A stretch of 64,000 nucleotides of DNA from an uncultured Bdellovibrionales bacterium (GTDB lineage: Bacteria; Patescibacteriota; Minisyncoccia; Moranbacterales; GWC2-37-73), in the NCBI GenBank assembly GCA_964609855.1, contig CAZSTB010000006.1, forward strand, positions 365 through 64,364, given 5' to 3'. This document shows, piece by piece, positions 8,982 to 18,580 of the stretch. A program made the position numbers and the translations under genes. Below the pieces are notes generated by a model, which ran no database searches, was not told the DNA's origin, and was given only the letters and a program-made list of their open reading frames with translations. Position 1 is the first letter of the stretch; each line of letters begins with the position of its first letter.

Positions 8982-10444
8982 GGATTTTTTTGTTGTAACA
9001 TTTTATAGATGAAGATGTTTTGACCGACTTGATTTTTATTTTCAAAAACAAGTGCGGCATTTTTCTGAATAAATTTTACCATACTTTTATCAGATCTGGA
9101 AATTGACATATCATCCAGTATTATTAAAACTGAAGAATCACCCGCTATTTCTAATATCTGTGACGGTGTAAAAAGGCGCTGCGAATTTGTATAATATTCC
9201 GTTGAAAACAGCAAAGCGGAATCGTTAGGCAGTCCAGAATAGGATATGGGCAAGGCGAAATCAGATTTTCCTAAGTAGATATAATCCAAAAAGGGATATG
9301 CAGAGATAACGATATAATTTTCATTGGAGTGTGTAATGTGCTCATAAGCCGCCGAAAAATCTGGCTGCGGAGTATATGTCTCAAGAAAATAATGTGCAGA
9401 CGGCTTAAAGGTAATTGAAGCAAAGCTTATTTGATTAATAAGTAAGATTAATGTGAAAAATAGAAAAGTTAATCGGGTTTTTTCTTTAGTAAGAAAATTA
9501 ATACAATATGAAGCGTATATGAAGATTAGCGGCGAAATAAAAAAAAGATAGCGACGCTGGTTTATGAGCGAAAAAAAAGCAAAGAAAGTGATGGATAATA
9601 TGAAAATTAAAATATTTAATTTCGTTAATTGCTTTTCCTGTTGATGGTTATTTTTTAGATGCAAATACGCCCCGACTGCTGCAAGTACAAAAAATAGTCC
9701 ATAAAATTGCCACAGATAATCTACAACATAGTACTTTAAATAATTCTGATGAAAAGGCGAAAAAATCTTAATTAAAAAATTGTAGTTGAGCGCGATAAAA
9801 GAGCCGATTAGTGCGGCAAAAAGGGAGTATATATAATATGGCACCCTCTTTTTTCGATAGAAAATAAATATTAAAAATGAAATCGTAACTATTACTCCAA
9901 TATTGGATTTTGCTAGGATTGCAAAGCATAATGTTATCAGGAGCAACAGGAGCCATTTTTTATTTTGTGATTTTTCATAATACAAATAAAAAAGCTGGGC
10001 AAGTAAAAATAGGAACACGAATAGGGAATATGACCTAATCTGTCTGCTCCAGGCAATGTGCCAGTATGAAAAAGAAAGCAGAAATGCGGAAAATAAAGCA
10101 ATATTTTTATTGAAGTATGTTTTTGCAAGGAAGTAAATAACAAGAATTGAGGCAATTCCAAAAAAGGCGGCAGTAAGTCTAAAGCTTTGGATATTTTCGC
10201 CAGCTAGAAATCTCAAGCCACTCAATATGTATGGAAAAAGTACATCTTTGTATTCAATATTGCCAGACATCAGCAAGGGATAGCCGTGCTCAAAAATACT
10301 TTTTTCTTGCATCATTGTGAACCCTTCGTCAATCCATAGAGATTGTTTTCCGATGTCGTATACCCTTAAAAATGCTCCGTAGACAATTATGAAAAACAAT
10401 GAAAGAGCGTGTTTATATTTGGAGATTGTTTTAAATATAAACAT
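8978..10444 (-). CDS. GT-C (PMT-2/ArnT-like) glycosyltransferase
   Basis: LR.YDIG.QSLWIDE, HIAWSRQIRSY motifs; about 11 TM segments. Confidence 0.88.
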   Translation of the reverse strand: MFIFKTISKYKHALSLFFIIVYGAFLRVYDIGKQSLWIDEGFTMMQEKSIFEHGYPLLMSGNIEYKDVLFPYILSGLRFLAGENIQSFRLTAAFFGIASILVIYFLAKTYFNKNIALFSAFLLSFSYWHIAWSRQIRSYSLFVFLFLLAQLFYLYYEKSQNKKWLLLLLITLCFAILAKSNIGVIVTISFLIFIFYRKKRVPYYIYSLFAALIGSFIALNYNFLIKIFSPFHQNYLKYYVVDYLWQFYGLFFVLAAVGAYLHLKNNHQQEKQLTKLNILIFILSITFFAFFSLINQRRYLFFISPLIFIYASYCINFLTKEKTRLTFLFFTLILLINQISFASITFKPSAHYFLETYTPQPDFSAAYEHITHSNENYIVISAYPFLDYIYLGKSDFALPISYSGLPNDSALLFSTEYYTNSQRLFTPSQILEIAGDSSVLIILDDMSISRSDKSMVKFIQKNAALVFENKNQVGQNIFIYKMLQQKNP

Positions 10445-10447
10445 AAA

Positions 10448-10978
10448 CTATGCAATGGAGTTTAACATAATCAGCTGAAATTTATAGTCATGAGTATCAA
10501 GAATTGCAAACGTCGGCGGATAATATTGATTGGCAACGTTTCCTGGATTTAGCATCTCACATTCTTTAACATTTCCATTTCGCTCGCCTTGAACTTTCTC
10601 AGTCCAAGGTTTATGTGTGTGTCCATAAAACACGTAGTCGAATTTTCCTTCCTCTGCCAAGCTCCGGGCATATTCAGGGAAATGGACAAAAGCAATTTTC
10701 TTATTGGCAATCTCAACTTCTCCATGTTTGGAAAAAATATTTATGCCTTTATATTTTCCATCGGCGAAAGGATAGTCGGCGGCATGACCCCGATCCATAT
10801 TCCCAAAGGTCCAAAAAATATCCCCTGAAAAATTTTCTTTCAGATAATCCAACGTTTCGATATCGGCAAGATCGCCGCAATGAATCAATTTTTCAACTTT
10901 ATTTTCCCTGCAATAATCCAAAACCTTTTTGAGGTTTGCGAGATTATCATGGGTGTCGGAGATGATTGCGATTAGCAT
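10448..10978 (-). CDS. YfcE/MJ0936-type metallophosphoesterase
   Basis: SDTHDN, HCGD, GNMD, GHTH and NPG motifs. Confidence 0.9.
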   Translation of the reverse strand: MLIAIISDTHDNLANLKKVLDYCRENKVEKLIHCGDLADIETLDYLKENFSGDIFWTFGNMDRGHAADYPFADGKYKGINIFSKHGEVEIANKKIAFVHFPEYARSLAEEGKFDYVFYGHTHKPWTEKVQGERNGNVKECEMLNPGNVANQYYPPTFAILDTHDYKFQLIMLNSIA

Positions 10979-11002
10979 ATTGTTTATTATAAGTATTTTA
11001 GC

Positions 11003-11482
11003 TTAAAGTTCTGTGATTTTATAATCTGTAATAGTATTCGAATCTTTCAAGTAAAATTTTGCTTTAAAATCTTTGCCTTGCAATATCAGTGGCAGCCAAA
11101 ATTTGTCATCGGGCCACATATTATTATACGGGATAGTATCGAAGTCAAACCATGCAGGAAGCATTTCACTTGTTTCAATGGGTTTATTTTCAAACTTCGT
11201 AACGGAATAAATGTGAACCTCAACAAGGGGTTTTCCCACAAAGGGATTTCCTGCTGGCTCAAATTTAAAAATAATCTCACCGCGCTTTTTCATGTCTAGC
11301 GGCTTGATTCCAGCTTCTTCAAAAAGTTCACGCTTAGCGGCCTGCTTAATGGATTCTCCTTTCTCAACTTTTCCACCAAAGCCGTTGAATCTATCTTTCA
11401 AGACGCCATCTTTTTTTATGCGTCCGAGTAGGATTTGCTTTTCATTGTAGACGCAGCAAAGCGTCATTATTTTTTTGCTCAT
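11003..11482 (-). CDS. NUDIX hydrolase, 8-oxo-dGTPase (MTH1/MutT-like)
   Basis: NGFGGKVEKGES..AAKRELFEEAG Nudix box; MWPDD.FW MTH1-type motif. Confidence 0.9.
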   Translation of the reverse strand: MSKKIMTLCCVYNEKQILLGRIKKDGVLKDRFNGFGGKVEKGESIKQAAKRELFEEAGIKPLDMKKRGEIIFKFEPAGNPFVGKPLVEVHIYSVTKFENKPIETSEMLPAWFDFDTIPYNNMWPDDKFWLPLILQGKDFKAKFYLKDSNTITDYKITEL

Positions 11483-11527
11483 GTTTTATGAAATCACACC
11501 GAATTAAATTCAGTAGCTGGCCCAGAT

Positions 11528-11585
11528 AGATCCTGAAACTCGTCTTCACTTAAGTTTCGACGAGGTGATGCAAGTTCAGGATGAC
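11528..11585. repeat. REP-like palindrome ATCCTGAA/TTCAGGATGAC with nested hairpin insertion
   Basis: outer AGATCCTGAAAC...CAAGTTCAGGATGAC, inner CTCGTC...GACGAG; uninterrupted relative at 33158-33182. Confidence 0.65.
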
Positions 11586-11602
11586 AAAATAAATCAATAC
11601 GA

Positions 11603-12424
11603 TTATCCGCGTATTTTTTTAATGAGTTCAATGTCTTCTTTTACAAAATCATATTCAGTTTCGCAGATCATGGTGATGTCTCTTTCTTTTGCGAAAGCCA
11701 CAATGTTTCTGAAAGCTTCTTCGCCGATCAGACCCTTGCCGAGATGTTCGTGGCGATCTTTGCGCGAACCGAATTCTGTTTTGCTGTCATTGGTGTGAAT
11801 CAGTTTTATTTTATCGAGTCCAAGTTCGGCGTCTATTCTTGCAAGGGTATTTTTAAAGTCGCGCCAATCATAACCTGATGCAAATGAATGTTGGGTGTCG
11901 ATGCAAATTCCCGTGAGTTTCGGATGATTTATTTTTTCTAAGATGTATAAGATTTCCGAAAATTTGTCCCCGATTATTTTTCCTGCTCCGGCGCAATTTT
12001 CAATCAGAAGTTCGGCGCTTCCAGTGTATCCTTCCAATGTTTTGGCGAGCATCTCAACAACTTTGTCGGAAGCTTCTCTCTCGGAAAGTGTTCCCGCACT
12101 TCCAAGATGGGTCATGACATATTTAGCACCAAGAAGACTCGCTCTTTCAAGTTCATCTCGAACCACACTGACACTTCCATGACGGATACGATTATTTTCG
12201 GATGCGAAATTTATATAGTAGGGAGTGTGGACCACGACTTCTTTAATTTTAAATTTTAAATTTGAAATTTTAAATTTATGACAGATCTCATCTGTCAGGG
12301 TTAGTGCTTTTCCTCCTTGTGGCGACCGCGTGAAAATCTGCATGGCTTCGCAGCCGAGTTCAGCGGCTCTTTCAGGGGCATTAAAAACTCCTCCAGCAAT
12401 TGAAACGTGACAACCTATGTACAT
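11603..12424 (-). CDS. nfo: endonuclease IV (AP endonuclease)
   Basis: IGCHVSIAGG, HTPYYIN, HLGS, LLIEN, CIDTQH, HTNDSK..DRHEH, ICET. Confidence 0.95.
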   Translation of the reverse strand: MYIGCHVSIAGGVFNAPERAAELGCEAMQIFTRSPQGGKALTLTDEICHKFKISNLKFKIKEVVVHTPYYINFASENNRIRHGSVSVVRDELERASLLGAKYVMTHLGSAGTLSEREASDKVVEMLAKTLEGYTGSAELLIENCAGAGKIIGDKFSEILYILEKINHPKLTGICIDTQHSFASGYDWRDFKNTLARIDAELGLDKIKLIHTNDSKTEFGSRKDRHEHLGKGLIGEEAFRNIVAFAKERDITMICETEYDFVKEDIELIKKIRG

Positions 12425-12425
12425 A

Positions 12426-12534
12426 AATTTCTAATTTCCAATTTCCAATTTCTAATCAATGACTAATGTCTTAATATTCAAACATTAAATCATTAAAAAT
12501 TCAATCAAAATTCGAAATTCATAATTCAAAATTA
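12426..12534. repeat. inverted heptamer-array element (empty)
   Basis: aatttct/aatttcc x4 ... aaaattc/gaaattc x4 in inverted orientation. Confidence 0.7.
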
Positions 12535-12586
12535 AGACTTTCTTATCCTATTATACTTTATACGCAATGTAATGAACAATTTATGT

Positions 12587-12660
12587 TGGACAAGCGCCAA
12601 AAAATGTGCTATAATAGATAAGTAATAAGAAACGGGTGATTTTGCCCGTTTCTTTTCTTT
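12587..12660 (+). promoter_or_regulatory. promoter plus leader hairpin
   Basis: TGGACA-17-TATAAT then AAGAAACGGG-tgattttg-CCCGTTTCTT and T tract; similar unit at 54509-54576. Confidence 0.65.
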
Positions 12661-12674
12661 TTTAAAACAAAAAA

Positions 12675-13397
12675 ATGGAACTGAGTTACCAAAAAGAGGA
12701 TACAATCGTAATGAGTGATTTTCATTTAGGCTCTCGTAATAGTAAATCTAAAGAAATCGCAAGATTCCTAAATGAGCTCTTAAAAAAACCACTAAACAGG
12801 TTGGTTTTAGCAGGGGATATGTTTGAGTTTTGGAGTGCAAGCTATAAAAATATCGGAATCGAAGAGCATCGGATAATTAAGCTTATTGCGCAGCTCTCGG
12901 AAAATGGAACTAAGATAGTCTATATCCCGGGAAATCACGACAGGGCTTTCAGGGCTTTCCCGAAACTCACCTTTGGCCGTGTAAAGATGCGCAACGAATA
13001 TATTATCAAGCACGATCATAAGAAATACTTAGTGATGCACGGAGACGAATTCGACGCTTTCACGAGAAATCATGCGGTTGTTTCCATTTTAATAGACCAG
13101 CTGTATGTTTTTTTAATCAGAATAAACTCATTTTTGAGAACTTATTCTCGTTCAAAAAAATCACTTTCGGCGCTTAAACATTCGAGAACATACGCTGAAA
13201 CAGTGGAAAAAATTCGAAGTTTGGCAATTTCTTATGCGCGTTCAAGAAAATTAGACGGAATTATTATTGGTCACAGTCATTGGCCGGAACTTGTGCACGA
13301 AGCTGACGGTGTCATGTATGCAAATGCAGGCGACTGGATTGAGAGTTGCAGCTATGTGGTTATTGGCGACAATATAAGATTGGAATACTTTAAATAA
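12675..13397 (+). CDS. calcineurin-like metallophosphoesterase (UDP-2,3-diacylglucosamine hydrolase-like family)
   Basis: SDFHLG, GD.F, PGNHD, HGD.FD, GHSH, N.GDW motifs. Confidence 0.85.
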   Translation: MELSYQKEDTIVMSDFHLGSRNSKSKEIARFLNELLKKPLNRLVLAGDMFEFWSASYKNIGIEEHRIIKLIAQLSENGTKIVYIPGNHDRAFRAFPKLTFGRVKMRNEYIIKHDHKKYLVMHGDEFDAFTRNHAVVSILIDQLYVFLIRINSFLRTYSRSKKSLSALKHSRTYAETVEKIRSLAISYARSRKLDGIIIGHSHWPELVHEADGVMYANAGDWIESCSYVVIGDNIRLEYFK

Positions 13398-13490
13398 TAA
13401 TAGCAGCAAATTTTTAATTTTTAATTTACAATTTTAAATCAATTTATAATTTCTCAATTTATAAATGTTTAAACATTTGTTGATTAAGAT

Positions 13491-13630
13491 TTTATTGTCG
13501 AACGAAGTCGAGCGAAACGAAAATGATTTTTGTTTCCGAGCGAGTGATGACATCAAAAGGTTTAATACCTCGTGGCTTGCCGCGGAAACCCAAAGGGTTC
13601 GGGGCTTGCCCCGGGGTTAATACCTTTTAT
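13491..13630. repeat. ~140-nt multi-hairpin element, copy 1
   Basis: near-identical to 60682-60821; diverged inverted copy at 39117-39298. Confidence 0.85.
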
Positions 13631-13663
13631 TTTAAATTTCAAATTTCAAATTAAAAATTTATT

Positions 13664-14623
13664 TTAAACTATTTCCCAGCCACTGTCGGTTTCAATGATT
13701 TTTCCTTTTACTTCAAATCCGCTGGCAAGTTTATGCCCGCCGCCGCCAAAAAGGTGAGCTATTTCACTAACATCGACTCCTTTGTATTCCTCGCTTCGCA
13801 GCGAGCCTTTGATGACGCCGTTTTCGCGTTCTGAAAGTACGAGCGAAAATTTTGTGCCTGGCACGGTATTTAAAATTGAAGCAACTTGGCCGATGTCGTC
13901 AGTTGTGGCGCTGCATTCTTCGATATCCGCTTCGGTGAGCACCGTTGTAATCAGTCCATTTTTTGGATTGATTTTGGCTTTCTCAAAAGCGCGACCCCAT
14001 AATTTTAAGGTGGAAAGTTTTTTGTTGGCAAAGGTTGCTTCAATAATTTTAGAAACCGAGGCGCCTTTTTTCATTAAATCTGAAGATATTTCCATTACGC
14101 GACTTGAAGTGTTGGCATGCTGAAAATTCCCGGTGTCGGAAAGTATTCCGATCATTAAATAGGTAGCTATACTTTTTGAAATGCGCGCCTCCTGAGCCGC
14201 TAAGTATTCATAAATCAGTTCGCATGTAGAGGAACATTTAGCATCAATAATCACCACATCAGCTTTAATTGTAATGTCGGGATGATGATCAATGATAACC
14301 GTAACAGTTTCTTTTTTTAAATCGGGCAGAGTTTTTTGAAAGCCGCGCTCCACGCTGTCGCATCCGATTGCTGCATCGTATTGAGTCAAATCCAGCTTGC
14401 TTGGCAAATGGAATTCATGGTTGGTTAATTTTTCCATAAAATTCGGAAGCGGATCCAAGCATGCGATATCTGCCTCAATGCCAATAGAGTTGAGATATTC
14501 TTTGAATGCTAAAACACTCCCAGCAGTATCGCCGTCAGGACCAGAATGTGCAAAGAGCAAAATCTTTTTTGATTTGCTGATTACGTAGGCAAGCGTATTA
14601 AATTCTTGAGTGAAATCTTTCAT
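13664..14623 (-). CDS. nrnA: DHH family oligoribonuclease/pAp phosphatase
   Basis: H..PDGD, IDHH, DTGNF, SLRS, GGGGH motifs; follows rbfA. Confidence 0.9.
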   Translation of the reverse strand: MKDFTQEFNTLAYVISKSKKILLFAHSGPDGDTAGSVLAFKEYLNSIGIEADIACLDPLPNFMEKLTNHEFHLPSKLDLTQYDAAIGCDSVERGFQKTLPDLKKETVTVIIDHHPDITIKADVVIIDAKCSSTCELIYEYLAAQEARISKSIATYLMIGILSDTGNFQHANTSSRVMEISSDLMKKGASVSKIIEATFANKKLSTLKLWGRAFEKAKINPKNGLITTVLTEADIEECSATTDDIGQVASILNTVPGTKFSLVLSERENGVIKGSLRSEEYKGVDVSEIAHLFGGGGHKLASGFEVKGKIIETDSGWEIV

Positions 14624-14732
14624 GCAAGGTAGGCTAAACTGTGAAATAAAATGGAGAATCTAGGTTGGGCTTAAAAAAACTTAAACCCGCTAAGGTTTAA
14701 GAAGTTTTAAAAGAAAGTATTTTGTTTTGATG

Positions 14733-15062
14733 CTAAATTTGCGTAAGAATTTTTTCAATCTTATCCGCTTCTTCCTCAGTTGAATCAAGAAGAAATTCTA
14801 AACGTGGAAGAGGTCTCATTTTTAGTTTTTTGTTTAAAACCCCTTGAATGACGTAGACTTCTTTAGCAAGAGTTTTCATCGCATAATCCGCTTCCTTGTA
14901 TGGGAAAACACTTATGGATACTCGAGTATATCGAAGATCACTAGTCGTGTCAACCTTTGAAATACTAAGGAATAGCCCAGGTTTAATACTTAGCTCACGA
15001 GCTAAAATTTCACCTAAGTGCTGCTTGATAAGTTTATTGATTTTTAATACTCGTTCAGACAC
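14733..15062 (-). CDS. rbfA: ribosome-binding factor A
   Basis: GTG start; R..KIN.LI...L, V....DLR..RV.IS, R..P.L.F..D; downstream of infB. Confidence 0.93.
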   Translation of the reverse strand: MSERVLKINKLIKQHLGEILARELSIKPGLFLSISKVDTTSDLRYTRVSISVFPYKEADYAMKTLAKEVYVIQGVLNKKLKMRPLPRLEFLLDSTEEEADKIEKILTQI

Positions 15063-15071
15063 AGGTTTAAA

Positions 15072-15189
15072 AATTTTTAATTTTCAATTTCTAATTTTTA
15101 AACAATTCCCAATGACTAAATGTTTTAAGCATTGGAAGTTTTGAAAATTGAATAATGGTTTGAAAATTGAAAATTGTGAATTGAAAATT
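15072..15189. repeat. inverted heptamer-array element (empty) between infB and rbfA
   Basis: aattttt/aattttc x4, centre AAATGTTTTAAGCATT, gaaaatt x4. Confidence 0.75.
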
Positions 15190-15191
15190 AT

Positions 15192-16973
15192 TTAAAGCGT
15201 TCTTTTCTTCTCTTCTTCGGTATATGCCATCAAAGTGTCGCCAACTTTGATTTTTGTATCTCCCTCGAAAACAACGCCGCATTCGTTACCTTTTCCAACT
15301 TCGGCGGTAACTTTCTTATCTTGTTGCAAGGCCTCAAGTTTTCCTTTGCCGATAATTTCGCCATCTCTTCGGATTTCAATCTGTGCTCCCTTGATAATCT
15401 TTCCTTCGGTTACTCTTCCTCCGACGATCATGTCACGCTTTCCGGTTTTGAAGATAGCTAAGACATTAACCATTCCATGGTCGGTGCGTACAATTTCTGG
15501 TGGCAACATGTCAACGATGGTTTTTTTGACTTCATCAACCAATTCATAAATGATTTTAAAAGTTTTTATTTTCACCCCGCTAGATTCCGCTAGGCGCTTA
15601 GCAACAGTGGTGGTTTCTACATTGAATCCAAGCACGATTGCTTGCGATGGCGCACCGACTTTAATGTCAGATTCTGTGATGTTTCCGATGCCAGTTTCTA
15701 CGTAGTTTACAATAACTTCATCAGTTTTGATAGTAGAAATGATCTGTTCGATTGCTTCAAGCGATCCTTGAACATCAGCTTTGAGAATAAGATTAAGCTT
15801 TTGAATCTTGTCTTCCTCCATGATGCGCATGAGTTTTTGAGAAGTAACCTTTTCTTTTCTCTCAATAAGTCCGCCTGAGAATTCCTTTGATTTTAAACGA
15901 GCCATTGATTTTCCGCTCACAACTTGCAGTACGTCGTTGGAGTTTGGGGTCCCATTGAGCCCCATAATCGTAATCGGAGTTGAGGGGCCGGCAGTTACTA
16001 AACTTCTGCCTGTGAAATCTTCAATTTTGCGGATACGACCATAGATAGTGCCGACTGTAACATCTTGACCGACTTTAAGTGTTCCTGTTTTAACCAAAAC
16101 GGTTGCAACTGGTCCTTTTTGTGGATCAAGGTTGGATTCAAGAACAATACCGAAGCCGTCGCGCTTGTCATCAGCTTTGAAATCCTCAACTTCAGCAACT
16201 AAAAGGATGCTTTCCAAAAGAGAGTCGATGCCTATGTTCTGTTTAGCGCTGATTTCTACGGCAATCACATCTCCACCCCATTGTTCAATTAAAATTCCAT
16301 TGTCAGCCAATTCTTGCTTTACTCTAGCTGGATTTGCATCTGGCTTATCAATTTTGTTGATTGCTACAACGGTTGGAATCTTTTTGTCTTTAAGATATTC
16401 AATAACTTCTTTAGTTTGAGGACGCACGCCGTCATCTGCTGCTACAACCAGGACTGCAACGTCAGCAATGCTCACTCCGCGTTCGCGCATTCCTGAAAAA
16501 GCCTCATGTCCAGGTGTGTCAATAAAGGTGATCAGCTTACCTTTCTTTTTCACTTGATAGGCGCTGATTGCTTGTGTTATCCCTCCGGCTTCCTTGGCAG
16601 CAACAGTGGCTTTTCTGATTGTGTCTAAAAGTGTTGTTTTTCCGTGATCAACGTGACCCAGGATAGTAACAACTGGTGGGCGAGGTCGCAGATTTTTGCC
16701 TGATTCCTTTTCTTTCTTGCAGATTTCAATCAATTTTTCCACAGTAATGGTTTCACTATCTTCTACCATCAAGTCTGCTTCAGTTTCAAAACCCAAATCT
16801 TGAGCAATTATGGCCGCGGTGTCAAAATCAATTTCCTCGTTGATTGTGGCTAGAATGTTGTTTTTTAGTAGCTCTGTAATCACATGAGAAACTGGCAAGC
16901 CCAAAAGCTCAGAAAATTTCTTTACCGTGACGCTTGTTGGAACTTTTATGATTTTTTTCGCTGGCTCTGTCAT
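15192..16973 (-). CDS. infB: translation initiation factor IF-2
   Basis: [39 protein letters not shown]. Confidence 0.98.
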   Translation of the reverse strand: MTEPAKKIIKVPTSVTVKKFSELLGLPVSHVITELLKNNILATINEEIDFDTAAIIAQDLGFETEADLMVEDSETITVEKLIEICKKEKESGKNLRPRPPVVTILGHVDHGKTTLLDTIRKATVAAKEAGGITQAISAYQVKKKGKLITFIDTPGHEAFSGMRERGVSIADVAVLVVAADDGVRPQTKEVIEYLKDKKIPTVVAINKIDKPDANPARVKQELADNGILIEQWGGDVIAVEISAKQNIGIDSLLESILLVAEVEDFKADDKRDGFGIVLESNLDPQKGPVATVLVKTGTLKVGQDVTVGTIYGRIRKIEDFTGRSLVTAGPSTPITIMGLNGTPNSNDVLQVVSGKSMARLKSKEFSGGLIERKEKVTSQKLMRIMEEDKIQKLNLILKADVQGSLEAIEQIISTIKTDEVIVNYVETGIGNITESDIKVGAPSQAIVLGFNVETTTVAKRLAESSGVKIKTFKIIYELVDEVKKTIVDMLPPEIVRTDHGMVNVLAIFKTGKRDMIVGGRVTEGKIIKGAQIEIRRDGEIIGKGKLEALQQDKKVTAEVGKGNECGVVFEGDTKIKVGDTLMAYTEEEKKRTL

Positions 16974-17013
16974 GATATGTTTGCTATTTAAGAATAAATA
17001 CTTGTATGGAGAA

Positions 17014-17517
17014 TTATAATTTCACTGGCTTTATTGTTTGGGCACTTTTGATGGCTTGTTTCTCTTCTTCGGTAAGGGTATATTTTTCAGATGCGCCTTT
17101 TGTGATTGGTTTTGAATAAATTCTGGTCCCTTCACGTGTGTGGAGCGATGAAATAACTATTCCCGCATCCTTACCGTCCAGCAGTGCTAATGCAAAACTT
17201 TGATCCCCGCCGATATCCTTAAAGGGGTTAAAGCGGATGATGCCAACTTTATGGATGCTGCGAAGTGTGAGGGCGTGTACTTTATTTAAAATTTCGAATA
17301 ATTCTTGGATTTCAGTGTCTAGCTCGGTAATTTGGCCTGCATGAGCCAAAAGAATGGATTCCAAATCTTTCGCTTCATTCCCACTAAATAAAACTTTCAT
17401 GTTCGCTTCCATCTTTCTTTGGCGAGAAGCGGTTAAAAGAGTCGAAATTAGACCGAGTGTCGCTAAAAAAACTCCAAAAATTGAAAGATAAAGCGTAATT
17501 TGTGATGTCTGTAACAT
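17014..17517 (-). CDS. DUF4446-like membrane-anchored protein
   Basis: N-terminal TM; KVGIIRFNPF.D.GGDQSFALALLD...G..ISSLH.RE..RIY.KP. Confidence 0.8.
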   Translation of the reverse strand: MLQTSQITLYLSIFGVFLATLGLISTLLTASRQRKMEANMKVLFSGNEAKDLESILLAHAGQITELDTEIQELFEILNKVHALTLRSIHKVGIIRFNPFKDIGGDQSFALALLDGKDAGIVISSLHTREGTRIYSKPITKGASEKYTLTEEEKQAIKSAQTIKPVKL

Positions 17518-17657
17518 ATTGCAGTGTTATTTATGCGATATGTTTCTCATCGTAGCATCTATTTTGCTTTGTGTAAAGAAAAAAACAAGCCTAACGCCAG
17601 TTTCCACGTTATATCATAAAGTAAGAAATTCACACTCTTACGTGTTACAAATGAATC

Positions 17658-17722
17658 CCGCCTTCGCTCTATTTTCAGCGGACTTTGTCCGCCGAAGCCG
17701 AGCTATGGCGAGGCGAAGGCGG
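17658..17722. repeat. GC-rich interleaved palindromes abutting the tRNA-Ser 3' end
   Basis: CCGCCTTCGC (17658-17667) / GCGAAGGCGG (17713-17722), inner GCGGAC-ttt-GTCCGC. Confidence 0.65.
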
Positions 17723-17808
17723 AAGGCACAGGATTTGAACCTGTGAAGAGATTTCTCCCTTACCGCATTTCGAGTGCGGCGCATTCGACCGGGCTCTGCC
17801 AGCCTTCC
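17720..17808 (-). tRNA. tRNA-Ser(CGA)
   Basis: reverse strand GGAAGGC/GCCTTCC acceptor; CCGCA-ctCGAaa-TGCGG anticodon arm; long variable arm; GGTTCAAATCC. Confidence 0.93.
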
Positions 17809-18015
17809 CTGATAATCATTTAATCATGAAAACAGATAATCAGACAAATATGTGATCGTGTAATCATTTAAACATTTAAACACGCAATCATTTAAACATT
17901 TAAGTGCTTACTGCCGAATGATTAAATGTTTTAATGATTGGATGACCCATTCCTCTTTGTTGTTTTTGGGTTTTTGTTGTAAACTATAGAAGTACGATTC
18001 TATAAAAAAAATACT

Positions 18016-18570
18016 ATGGATGCTCAACAAGGTGGCGTTGGAAAATTTCTTGATCCTAATGCTATTATTGCACAATTGGATATTAAAAATGGAGAGATTG
18101 TCGCGGATTTCGGATGTGGCCCTGGTTATTTTTCTTTGCCATTTTCAAAAGCCGTTGGCGATGATGGAAAAGTTTTTTCGTTGGATATTCTTCCGCAAGC
18201 CCTGGAAAGTATTGAAAGTAAAGCTAAAAATTCTGGAATTGCCAACATTACAACAAAACGCGTAAATCTGGAAAAAGCCAATGGTTCAAAACTTGATGAT
18301 GATTTCGCAGATTGGATTGTCTTGAAAGATGTCTTGTTTCAAAACAAAGACAAAAATATTATCATTGCAGAAGCGTATAGAGTCTTAAAAATGGGTGGAA
18401 AGGTTTTACTGATTGAATGGAATCAAAAGGAATCTGCAATCGGACCTGATTTGGATATCCGTATTTTGCCAGAAACCCTTAAGCAGGCTTTTCAGTCGCT
18501 GGGATTTGAATTGGCGGGGGATATTCAAGCAGGAGCGTTTCATTACGCTTTTGTTGCTGTAAAGAAATAA
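18016..18570 (+). CDS. class I SAM-dependent methyltransferase
   Basis: VADFGCGPG motif I, LDI, EAYRVLK.GG...IEW. Confidence 0.9.
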   Translation: MDAQQGGVGKFLDPNAIIAQLDIKNGEIVADFGCGPGYFSLPFSKAVGDDGKVFSLDILPQALESIESKAKNSGIANITTKRVNLEKANGSKLDDDFADWIVLKDVLFQNKDKNIIIAEAYRVLKMGGKVLLIEWNQKESAIGPDLDIRILPETLKQAFQSLGFELAGDIQAGAFHYAFVAVKK

Positions 18571-18580
18571 AAATTTTCTT

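Noticed and set aside
12675-13397. lpxH implying lipid A synthesis
   Set aside because: Only family-level metallophosphoesterase motifs; no other lpx genes in view.
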